Assembly: GCA_028023455.1 (NCBI GenBank)
Contig: JAQFVV010000004.1
Coordinates: 19,530,001-19,594,000, forward strand
DNA from: Epiperipatus broadwayi
Taxonomy: Eukaryota; Animalia; Onychophora
DNA length: 64,000 nt
Direction of reading: 5' to 3'
Position numbers and translations under genes: made by a program
Shown: positions 51,990 to 64,000 of the stretch, piece by piece
Position numbering within the stretch: position 1 is the stretch's first letter
Layout of the letters: every line of letters begins with the position of its first letter
The notes under the pieces: model-generated
What the model saw: the letters and a program-made list of their open reading frames with translations, nothing else
Databases searched by the model: none
Told to the model about the DNA's origin: nothing

Positions 51990-54740
51990 AGATATTCACA
52001 ATCATGGTACAAAAAGTAAATCATGGCTCCTATTGCCAAAAGGCTGCAGAATTACAAGACAAGACAATTTTTGGCACACAAAGATAGAGGATCTTTTATA
52101 TAAGTACTTACAATTGTAGATCATTTTCAATTGAAGGAAAATTGCAATAATTAGATAAAACTGTCTAGAATTAAATGTGATGTCATTGCACTTTAAGTTA
52201 GAAAAAAAATAAAAAGTGGACATGTACTATAATTACCAAGGCACAAGTATTAAAAGTAAAAGTGGAGTAGGAGTCATTATAAATAAAAAGCAGAAAAGTA
52301 ATATTGTGGAGATTGATGGTGTTTCAGATAGAGTGTCAAGATTAGTTATACAACTTAATAGCAGATACCAAATGCAGATAATTCATGTTTACGCCTTAAA
52401 AAATTTTCATTGTAATAAAGAAGTAGAGGATTGATATACGAATATACAAAAGTCTTTTGACAAGATCAAGCAACATGTTAAAATTGTTATGATAGATAGC
52501 CTTTAATGCTAGAATTGGTAAACAAATGAAAGATGAAAGTGCTACAGGTAAATTTGATTATGGTAATGGAAATGAAAGAGGACATAGACTTTTGGATTTT
52601 GCAGAAAAAGAAAAACTACATTATGATTTTTTTTTTTTTTTTGAAAAAAAATGTTAAATAGACATAAAATTATCCAAATGGAGCTATACCAAAATTGGAT
52701 TTGATTAGAAGAAAATATGTATATTTTAAGATTTGTGATGTTCTTAATAAATTCAATACAGGAAGTAATCATCGATTAGAAAAATGTAGGACGTGTTAAT
52801 GCAACAAATTAGAGAGGTAAAAATGTTTAAGAAAAAAAGCATTCACAGTTGATATTCTTTAACCATCAAAAACTTTCCAATGAATCTAAATTAGAACTTG
52901 CAATTCATTTTCAAATATTAACAGATTATAAACAAGGTTCAGATTTGAAGGAAATCAATAGAAAGATAAGTGATACTTTTTAAATCTGCAACAAAGATAG
53001 CTGGAAGAAAAAAGCATCAATTGATCAATAACATTTCTATTGTGACAACAAAATTTATGAAAAAAGAAGGAATATGGGAATATTTAAAAACGATTTATTA
53101 GGAAGGATTGAATATCTAGAATTTTGTAAAATAGTGTGAAAAAAATTAATAACTATATAAAAAATATAATTGTTAATTAGCAAGGAAAGTTATAGAAGAG
53201 AATAAAAATCTTAAAAGTGTTAAACATCTTGGTAATAGAAAAAAAAGGTGGAACTATTATTAAAATGAGAGATGACATCATGAAATGTATAGAATATTTT
53301 TAACAACAAATATATAGCAATAAAGAACAAAAAAAGGTACCCCCTATTGTGTCTGTATCTTCTAAATTTGCAAGGATTTTAAATGATGAAGCAAGACATG
53401 TAATTAAATCTCTGAAGAAGGGAAAATTTCCAGGTGATAATGGAATTATAATCAGTATTTAGATGAAACAAGTGAAGAAATAGAAAAAAATTTGACAAAA
53501 TTATATACTAAATGTCTAAACAATAAAGATGTATCAACTGATTGAAAAAATGCAGTATTAATATTTTAAAATGATAAAGAAGACATTAAAAATTACATAC
53601 CTACCAGTATTTTATCTTCTATACAAAATTTTTACCAAAAGAACAAACTGAATTTAAAAGTGATTTTAATATAGTAAATTATATTCACGAATTGAAAAAA
53701 ATTATAGAAAAGACCAATGAATATTTGCTATAGATTTGTAAATTATGAAAAGGCATTTGATTCTATAAGCATTTGTTATTAAACCACTAAACATCACATG
53801 ATTAAAACAATGAAACATCAAAGTATATAACAAGATAGTGTCATATTCTGAAGAATATTTATGAAAATGCAAAATCAATAATTAGGTTACATAATGATAC
53901 TATGAAGATTAACATTGAGAAAAATATATGACAGGTGATTCCATATCTCCAAACTTTTTATAGCAGTTTAGCAAGAAGTATTTTGTGGATTAAATGGGAA
54001 GCTAAGTGAGTAAAAGTAAATGGAAATTATTTGTCATAATTTATGTAATTATTTTTCAAATATTATTTTTTAAATAATATTTCAGAGCTTTATGAAATGT
54101 TGTTAGAGTTATCAGATGATAGTAAGAAAGTAGGCCTAGATGCAAATGTTAAAAAGTCTAAAGTAATGTTCAATGGATAATTATAAATATCTTGGTCAGA
54201 TTATTAGTGCACATGAAAATATAATGAATGAAATTAATCATAGAATTACACTTGGTTGGAGTACTTTGATAGAAATAATATTAAAAGGAAATATGTCTAT
54301 GCATTTGAAAAGAAAAGTTTTTAATAAATATGTTTTATCAGTTATGAGTCTGAGACTTGGACATTTAGCAAAAGAGCAATACAGATTACTAAATAAAGTA
54401 TAAAGAGATGTATGTTAGGGGTAATAAGGAGAGATTAAAAATGAAATACTTGGGTAAGCAAACAAACATATATTACTGATATTATTGAAATAATTAAGAT
54501 ATTGAAATGAAGTTGGGCTAAAAATATTGCTAGAAGAGATGATAACAATTGAAATCTTAAATGGGATTCCAAGAGATTGGAAAAGACCTAGAAAGAGAAC
54601 ATATGTGGGATAGATGGACAAAATAATAAAGTGTGCTAGGATGATATGGAGAGTAGAGTTTAGAAAAGGTGGATTAACCTTGGAGAGATCTTCATCATGC
54701 AGTGGATTGATAAGAATTAAAAATGATGACGATGATGATA
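51990..54740 (+). mobile_element. Decayed near-full-length RTE-clade LINE
   Basis: APE endonuclease motifs (ISTYNCRS, GVGVIINK), RT remnants (YEKAFDS, YKYLGQII..EINHRITLGW, KRKVFNKYVL), WIP.DWKRPR-like end and a (GAT)n-type 3' tail. Many stops and frameshifts. Confidence 0.9.
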
Positions 54741-54939
54741 TTACTATTCTGCATGTAAATCAATATGTTTCCTTCCTCTAAAATCAGTTTAATAGTTACC
54801 TCCCTGTTTTACTGTGAACAATTGGATTTACTAAGCTTTGATTATTAATGGTGTATCATTCTTCATCTATATTGCATTTTATTTCTTATCTAGAAAACCA
54901 TTGTTTGAACAAATTCATTATTGAGAGTAAGCTTAATTA

Positions 54940-56260
54940 AAGTCCATAATACTTCTTTATCCTCTTTTATGTTAGCTTTTCATTATGTAATCTCTGTGAT
55001 AATCTGGTTAATATCGAGCCATATTTTTGCTTCATATTCTGGTCTGGTTTTATCATTACCTAGGCTGGTTTTTCTAGATCTTGCAATTGGTTTTCTGTTT
55101 GACTCATCACCATGTAATCTGGTAGACTCTTTACTGATGCATGATTCTTTTATGTTTCAGCTAATCTTAGTGCTTGTAGTCTTGTTATCCATGAATAATC
55201 TTTGTATAAATGCCTTTTGTATCTACAACTGTTTCTGGGATCAATTTAGTTGCTCAGTTGAACATACAGCTTAATACAAGATAAAAATGTTCACTTTGCT
55301 CACTATACTGGTAGGCATAAATTCTGAGAAATTTGTTCTAAACTCCATTTATTTCAATTCACCCAGTGCCTTGCCTGTAACAGAATTAGATGTAGTATGC
55401 TTGCCAAGAGCACAGGGTTCAAAGTGCCTATTATAGCTTTTTTAAGGATTCTTTTTGCATCTTGAAACAATCTCTCAGCTGTAATTTTTCTCTGGGGTGA
55501 AATAATGAACATGAATGCTTATTCAATATTATGGTTGACACAAACTTTACTGTGTTTTTTAGTAGACTGTTAATTTCAAATGGTCTCCAAATATTTCAAT
55601 AAATGTTCTAACATGAAATGAATATACTTCTATTACTTCCATTAACATTCATTAATAATGAGATATCCTTCCATGCAACATCATGAACAATAATAAATTC
55701 TTACTCAGGGATCACCAATCTATCATAGAGTTACAATGTTAATGGACTTCAGGCTTTATGTCAGTGTCTATGATAGACCTTCATCATGTCTCTCTGGAAA
55801 AATTATAAATATTTGTAATACATCAATTTCCAAGTTCTAGCCTTCCCCTGATTAACAAAATGGATGCAGCTCTTCTGGTTTTTATTTCATCAATCTAGAT
55901 TGATCTATTTAAATAACATTTGAAACCCAGAGTCATCAACTGTTCATTTAATTTTTACATTGATTACTAAATCTATTATATCAATACATTCAATATTTGA
56001 TTTTAATTATTCTGAAACATTTTCAGGCAATTGATGTAAAGCATTTGCATTAGAAATACTATTTCCATTAATGTGTTGAAGTTAATAACCATATTTTAGT
56101 AAAATGGCTTGTATGCTGAGGCATTCTGGTGAACACCTTTGTGTGAGTAAGGATTGTCAACAGTGATCTTTGGTTGATTTACAACATAAGTGACTCACTA
56201 TAAAGGTAATTGTAGAATTTTTTTATATCAATGATCAAGGTTAAGGCATTGCTATTTATC
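54940..56260 (-). mobile_element. Decayed Ty3/Gypsy pol fragment (RNase H to integrase)
   Basis: Minus strand LLKYGY*LQHINGNSISNANALHQLP (RNase H end), TAERLFQDAKRILKKA (integrase core) and TGKALGEL..FRT. Confidence 0.7.
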
Positions 56261-56458
56261 TGTGCATAATTTTTCTCAAGTTTATTATGTCTTTGTCACT
56301 TTACCTGATGATTTCTTCTCTCCCTATTTTCCTATCAATCCTCCTAAACATTAATGTATCTATATAGCAGCAATCTACATATCTATGTATCTAATTTTCT
56401 ACATACCTATTTATTTGCTTGGTTTTCCTAAGTATTCTCCTGCCTGCCAACTTGTTTG

Positions 56459-57045
<587 letters not shown>

Positions 57046-59869
57046 TTTTGCTAAGACTTTTCTCTCTATATATATTGATTTTTCCCTTTGTTTATATTTG
57101 TAATTCAAATTTGCAAATGCTTGTTCATCTGCTCTCAATAACTTCTAAGTGCACTTTGTATTAGGTAATAAAAAAGTAAAAAAAAACACTTCAATACACA
57201 AATGTACAAATGTTTGCAAATTTAAATATATGTATATCAAATATAATTTATAATATACTTCTTTCTACAAAACATGCATAATACAGTATACTTCCCTCTA
57301 CAAAACTGGCATAATGTAGTAGCTAGCCTTATCTCCTGCTATGATCACAAAACAGATAAAGTATCTATTATTTGTCAATAAATGGTTATCTAGCAATTCG
57401 TAGCTAGAAGTAAAACAAAGGCATAATAATTCAAACTCTCCACCGGCTGAAAGTTTACGTAAAAGCATTCTGCTGAGCTCTTATGCCACAGAGGGTTATT
57501 TCTAGTATGTTGTATTTTTTTTACTTTAGCACTCTTTCAATATTATATTAGATAACTACAATATGCATTATTTATTGTGTAATATGATTTGATTCATTTT
57601 TTTTTTTTTAAATTTTTTTTTAAAGATTTTGTAGCAAATGTGATTTGTTTATTTCATTTGGAAATTATTTTTTAAAATTCTTTCCAGAAGTATTAGAGAA
57701 TGCTTTTTGTTTACATTTTGCCTTGCACTAATATTTACTTTGTTGAGTTTTAATGAATTTTTTCTTTTATCTGATAAAGTATGGATGGATGCATTTCACA
57801 GTAAAGAAATTTTTGTCATAAAGCATTGTATTTCATTTAGTTTTTAACTTAACAACAACAACAACAACTAAAACTTGCAAAAGTAATTGTATTTTCGATT
57901 TTTTCCATCATTTAGTTGAATAATTAAATATATTACTTTTTAAATCAAACTTTATTTATACCTTTTAGTAGTAGCATATACATTAGTATAAAATACAACA
58001 TTTCAAATGGGATTTTTTTTCTCTTCTTCTGATTTTGCTGATTTGAGGAATAACGAGTTATGTAGATGTTAAACCAATGCATTTTGGATTTGCAAATGCT
58101 AAATATAAGGTGATGCTCTGATCAACTTGGCTATTCTGTCAAGTAGTGGGATAATATTCATGATAATGTGCATAATGGTTTATTGTTTTACTTTAAAGAT
58201 TTAAAACTATGACATAATGATATTATGGAGAGCTGTCCCTTCCTTGCTTATAAACCTTCAGAGGGAATATGAATGTTTTTAAAACAGGTATATTTACCTG
58301 AACAAGTATAGTAGACATGAAGATTGCCCTGATACATAAAAAATGGCAGGATTGATGATAACAATTCGGTACTATGTCTAAAAATCCAAAATACTTTTCT
58401 TATTTGCTTTGGTTTATTTTATCCAACAACAACTGTTGTATTAAAATTGTGTAAAATTCTTACTGTTGTATCATATTAGATAAAGAATTCAGTTGTGCAA
58501 TATGAACTACTAGAGAAAGATCAAGTTTGAGTAGTAAAATATTGATTCAAACTTCACTAATAGCGCTATAATATGATCAGTATATAATTATCTATACATA
58601 ATTAAAGGCTGCATTGCTAAGCTTTTGATGTGAATTAGTTTTAAAGATATTTTTTAAACTGGCTAGCTTTAGCAATTACACAATTTAGTATTCATGAATC
58701 TCAAAGTCACTAGTATTACCAGCATACTGAAAAAAAGAGGATAATAAGACTATTAAAAATGTTGCATTCTTGCAGCAATATCTAGGGATAGATAGCTTTA
58801 TGTAATGGTTGATTGCTAGTTTCTATATACAGGAATAATCAGCACCTTTGCAATTTAACTTTTTCCTAAAGAGCACAGATATGGGTTCACAGGCCACCAA
58901 TTGAATAAGCATTAAAAACATACAATGTTATGACCCCAATAAAAGAATGGTTTATTATATGTGCACATAGAGCAGAATATAGAATGAATATTAAATATTA
59001 GTATTCCTATATACATTACTCAAATAAATTTTATTATTTGATACCATTTTATATAAAGGCTTAAAATAAAGAAAGACTTGGGCAACCTGTACAATCCATA
59101 ATATATTTCTTAACTTACAGAGTAGATCTCTCCAGGATGAAAGCTCAATAATTCTCAAACTTCCTTTATCCTGTTAGGCTTTTTTATTCTGGTAGTGAAT
59201 AATTTTCGAGAGTGAACATCACCTTGAAGAGGGGAGATCTATTGTTTTTATCTGGCTTATTAACTGTCAAAATGGCCCACAAGTTTTCTTTGCTTACAAA
59301 TGTTCTTTCATTACTATTCTTTCTCCTCTTAACAAAGTTTATAATTTGTCTATTTAATCCTATTATTTATAGCTATTTTGAATTAATATGTTACATTCAT
59401 TTAATTATACATATTTCCAATTAGAAATATTTCTCTAAAAGATGATAAATATATACTCAAATTATTTAAATATATAATTTCTATTGTTTTCCTGAAGGTT
59501 TGTGACGATGGTGTTTTACTTATATTTATATGTTAGAGTATTTTCATCATCTAATATGAGTATTAAATATCTTTAGAATTTTTTTTAACTTTATTAAATA
59601 TTCCAAATACATTCAACTGTTAGTAATAGCACACAGGTTAGTGTATGCACAATGTTTCAAGAGGTTTTTATTCCACCCTTTCTTTAGGTATTTCTGGCCT
59701 GCCTAGTGACAATACTAGTATGGTAATCAAACTGGAATCCTTAGAGTCTTTGAGTATTGAATTTTAAGGTAATGCTCTAACCAACTGAGCCATCCTGCCA
59801 AAGGCAACAGTCAGTAGAAATTTTATATACTTATCCATAATGTTCCTCCTGATTTCTCCACCATTTCTT

Positions 59870-61700
59870 AAGAGGAAAGTTGATTAGTGGCTTCCATACA
59901 TTATATATAGTTATACTAGATTGGCTTATGGAATTTTTTGCCATTGTCATGTGAGTAGCTTCTTTAAATTTTCTTCTTTGTACCTTTTATTCTCTATCCA
60001 ATGTTTTTGTATCTTCCCAATTGAACATTTGTTTATTAGTACATATATGGTCTGCTACCTTAGACACATCTGTTTTCTCTCTTATAATCATCAGTTTATG
60101 TTCTTGCAAGCACTTTTCAATGGGATGATTGATCTCACCAATATATGTTTTTCCACATTCACATGATATTTCATAGATGCAGTTTTTTCTTTTCAGCATT
60201 TCAAGTTTAGGCTTTATAGATGTTATAATTCCTCATAGGGTGGTATGGTTCTAGAAAGCTGTTCTGATGTTATACTGATTGCAGATTTTTCTTAATTTGT
60301 CTGTTATTTTTGATAGTGCCAATAATTGTTTTTTCTTTTGATGGTTCTTTTTGTTGTCTATTTAAGGTTTTCTTAATAACAGTTAATGGGTAATCATTTT
60401 ACATAAGAGTTTGTTCTTTATAGATCTTTTCTTTTTCCAAATCACTGGTTTCTGAACAAACTTCATTTGTTCTGTTCCATAGTGATAGTATAACTTCATG
60501 TTTTGTGTTTCTGGTGTGATTGGATGTATAAGCTAAGTATTTTCTTGTATGTATGGGTTTTTGATAAATTGTAGTTTTGATTTTGCCATGATGGAACCTT
60601 GTCACAAAAACATTTAAAAATATCAATTTTTGTTCTTGTTCTGATTCTATTGTGAATTTAATTGAAGGGGATATCTTGCTGATGTGTTTCCAGAAAGTTT
60701 GTAATAGTGTTTAACCATGTGATCATTCAACAAATGCATTATAGTTTTTATGGCTGTGGTTTCTGGATTCAAGTTCTTCCATGTAAATGTTGCTAATCAG
60801 AAGTGACAGTTTGTTTTTATGCAGAATGTTATTAGTTTCATTATACTCAATAGAAAGAGTTGTTCTAGTTTGTAAGCTATTATCACCATTTAATCATTTC
60901 CTTACATTAGACAATGCTTCTTCACATGGTACATTTGTGAATAAACTTTACACATTAAAGTTTATCAGAAAGTCTGTTCTTTCAATTTTCATGTTTTTGA
61001 TTAATTCTACAAAGTGTCTAGAATCCATCACAAAGGACTGGGTCTTGTATACCAAAGGATTTAGAACTTTGAGAAGAAATCTTGGCAAATTTTGGCAAGG
61101 TGAATTTCCAGAACTAATAATAGGTCTTAATGAAATATGATCATTATGGATTTTAGGTAGACCATAAAGATGAGGAATTTTGCAGAAATATGCTGTTATT
61201 TTTTTTTCTGAATCACTGAAGTATCTGTGATGTTTTCTAAGTAATGCTTGTAACTTTGTTTCTTTACTCAGTATTGAATTTTTTCCACTTTTCTGTATTG
61301 GTCTGGTACGAGGAGTTTCTTATATTTTATTGTCATAATCAGTTATATCCATTACAACTGCATTGCATTTGTCATCAGGAAGAATAATAATAGATTAATC
61401 AATGTTGAGAAATTTAATTGCTTTCCTCTCACTATAGGATATGTTTGACTTCAATTTTTGTTGCTTGTCAAATGTTCTTTCTATTCTCCAGCATAATTCT
61501 GATGCTTCGTCTAAAGGTAATTTATGAGTGACTTCCTCAGTGGCTGCTATTATATCTAATAAAGGGCTATTAAATGGTGTTATGGGAAAGTTTAATCCTC
61601 ATTCAAGAACATATATTTCAGTATGTGTTAGATATTTATAACTGAGATTTTTACAGATGAAGCTGGTACACTGTTTGGTACATTATGATTTTTGATATGG
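59870..61700 (-). pseudogene. Penelope-type RT plus GIY-YIG endonuclease ORF, disrupted
   Basis: GLNF.ITP, ILPDDK(C)NAVVMD, thumb TTIYQKPIHTRKYLAYTSNH, and endonuclease NCIYEISCECGKTYIGE..EH. Confidence 0.9.
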
Positions 61701-61852
61701 CATTCTTTTATTTTTCCATGTAATGTACAATATGATTTTCTTACTGCTTGAGACTATACATAATGTATGGAAAACACTAATCAAACTTTGCTCTTAAAAA
61801 AGGGGAACCTCATAGGTAACTATATAAAATTTCTACTGACTATTGCCTTTGA

Positions 61853-62002
61853 AAGGATGGCTCAGTTGGTTAGAGTGTTACCTTAAAATTCAATACTCCA
61901 AGAATCTAAAGGTCCAAGTTTAATTATCATGCTAGTACTGTCACTGGTCAGGCTAGAAACACCTGAAGAAGAGGGGATAATAATATCTCTCAAAACATTG
62001 TG
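61853..62002 (+). ncRNA. tRNA-like Pol III promoter segment followed by an HHR remnant in the pLTR (mirror copy at 59648-59797, minus)
   Basis: A-box TGGCTCAGTTGG at 61858-61869, then ATCTAAAGGTCC as in tRNA-Phe, and a degenerate B-box. HHR remnant CAC-CTGAAGA..CTC-AAAAC-ATT-GTG, which with the mirror copy (TTGAAACATTGTG) reconstructs to CGAAAC-GTC-GTG by CpG decay. Confidence 0.6.
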
Positions 62003-62559
62003 CATATACTAATCTGTGTGCTATTATTAACAGTTGAATGTATTTGGAATTTTTAAATAAAATTAATTTTTTTAAAGACCTTCAATGCCCATACTAGATC
62101 AGAGAAATAGTTCAACATATAAATACAAATATAATTTCTATCGTTTTCTCAACTTATGAACATTATATACACAATGGAAAAATTCTCTCCTCATTTTTTG
62201 TTTTGCATTTGTTTCAAAGATACTGCAGGCCTGAATCTTCCTTATCATCTTCTTTTGGCTGCTCTGTCCTATTATTTTCTTCATTTTATACCTTTACTGA
62301 TGCATTTAGATCATCATTCTTTTTCATTGCAGAGGAACACAGTTATTATTACCAATTTCTATTTAAATTTATTTCAGCTTATAACTTTATAAATGGTTTA
62401 TATGTCTGTAAACTTCATTAATATCAGACATCTTTATCACTCTTAACTGCTTCAAAAATAATTTCAACATGATTCCTGTTCAGCTCTGTTTTAATCAAAT
62501 CATGTGTCAAATTTATTTTCCTAACTGAATTTCATTACTATAATTTTATTGTTTATATA

Positions 62560-63890
62560 TTTTTATTATTCTTGGGACCAACAATGGTCCATGGATCTGT
62601 AGTTTGTGACCCATTAATGTTTCTGCAGGAGCAGCTTGGGATAGAATGTTAATAAAACATTGTGGCTATTATCAATGCATAAGTATCTTTAGTGATTTTT
62701 ATGAAAAGTTCAGCTAATATATTGCTTTTTGGCAAATCCATTTGATTCAAGGTGATACAAAGGTATCAAAATATGATGTATCCCTTATTTTGTAAATTTT
62801 TTAAAAAAATATTATGGTGGAAGGATAGTTTTATCATCTGAAATTAATGTTTTAAGATAATCATGATTATTGTGATGTAAGGATAGTTTTGTTATCTGAA
62901 GTTAATATTTTTGCAATAATCATGGCTTGCAAATAGTTTGTTAAATACTTTTATATTATCCAGAGCATTGGTGATTTTCATGACATGATATTATATCTAC
63001 CTAACATTGTGGATTATTACAAAATCAATACCCCCCATGCATTCATGTAATGTGGAGCTGGTAATATTGCAGTACTTTGTTATCAAAAAGATATGGCTTT
63101 TAATCTATTGCCAAGATTTTTAACAGCATGAGATATAATGCAAATCTTTTGGCAGTAATCCAGTCAATAATTGACAAGATGTGCAGTGCTTAATTTCTTC
63201 ATCAATATTATTGCACATAGCTTGTTGCCACATATGATTTTGGCAGTACTTTGGCTTTTAAGGCCAAGAGAACCAAGATGTTCTTTGATATTCTTTAAGT
63301 CTTGTACCTGAAGTTTGTATCAATACTCAGGAAATTATCCAAAATATATTCTTAGTACATTGATAAACTATCATGAATATTCCAAATCTGTTGTACCATA
63401 TGGGGCCACCTAACTAAGTCAGAAGTGAGACCATCTTTTATTAATTCATCTGTCATTATTTCATTTATTCACTAGTTGACAAGCAGTATTCTCATCTGAC
63501 CACTTTGTTGTAGGACAGATTCCATTATGTCTATATAATTTATATCTGCTGTAAGTTTCCTATCCTTGCAATTGTCCAGGACTCTTAAACAATGCATCAG
63601 CATAATTGATATTTTTTTTTTTGGTTTTATAAATGAACTCAAAATCATATGAAGCAAATATATTCATCCATCTGAGCATTCATTGGCTTAAGATTTAATC
63701 AGATGTTTGCTTTAGATTTGCTAACATTTCTAATAGAGACCTATAATCTATGTACATCTTAAAAGTACATGCGTACATATATTAGTGAAACTGTTTGACT
63801 GAATATCCAATAGACAGAGATTTCTTATCTAGGTGTTTGTAATTCCTTTCAGCTGTAATGTTCTACATACATATGCAATTCTGCATTCAT
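62560..63890 (-). mobile_element. Decayed Ty3/Gypsy pol fragment (RNase H to integrase)
   Basis: Minus strand ERNYKHLDKKSLSIGYSVKQFH*YMY, RWMNIFASYDFEFIYK..ADAL and an integrase zinc-finger region (H..HLG..KHCTSCQ). Confidence 0.8.
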
Positions 63891-64000
63891 AACATACATA
63901 TTCAGAAGTATCACTTATTATACAATTCTTATGCTAGAAAATAATAGAGAACAGCTGATATTTTGTAGATAAATAATAATAATAATATGTATATAATTTT

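Larger units (their letters stand above)
59492..62129 (-). mobile_element. Penelope-like element (family C) with inverted pseudo-LTRs
   Basis: 19-bp TSD TATAATTTCTAT(T/C)GTTTTC at 59473-59491 and 62130-62148. Inverted arms about 59523-59832 and 61818-62125, 31-bp tail 59492-59522, decayed RT and GIY-YIG ORF between. Confidence 0.9.

Noticed and set aside
59060-59350. Possible LTR-retrotransposon integrase C-terminal remnant (minus strand)
   Set aside because: Motifs are too degraded to distinguish Gypsy from Bel/Pao or from chance.

Overview
Very AT-rich, repeat-dominated eukaryotic DNA (invertebrate-like; host not identifiable from sequence). I found no host protein-coding gene I can support, and nearly all ORF-track entries are transposon remnants or low-complexity artefacts. 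Recognisable fossils: two RTE LINEs, a Vingi/Ingi-like LINE, another decayed LINE, a Buster/SPIN-type hAT, a mariner fragment, two Ty3/Gypsy pol fragments, three tRNA-Gly-derived mini-SINEs and a 590-bp (TCTA)n tract. Two systems stand out. (1) Four sequence-unrelated families of hammerhead-ribozyme (HHR) elements share one architecture: long TSD (13-19 bp), two inverted arms each carrying a minimal type I HHR reading outward, and a 31-40 bp tail on one arm only. Five copies are ORF-less foldbacks of 0.36-0.75 kb; the sixth is a Penelope-like element with its RT/GIY-YIG ORF between the arms. (2) A non-autonomous LTR element with 2.6-kb LTRs and no pol (42960-50376), plus a 2.47-kb solo LTR of a diverged sister family (16942-19412) with the same termini and a conserved terminal hairpin. 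All alignments and identities were made by eye, family assignments rest on remembered motifs, and boundaries of old fossils are approximate.
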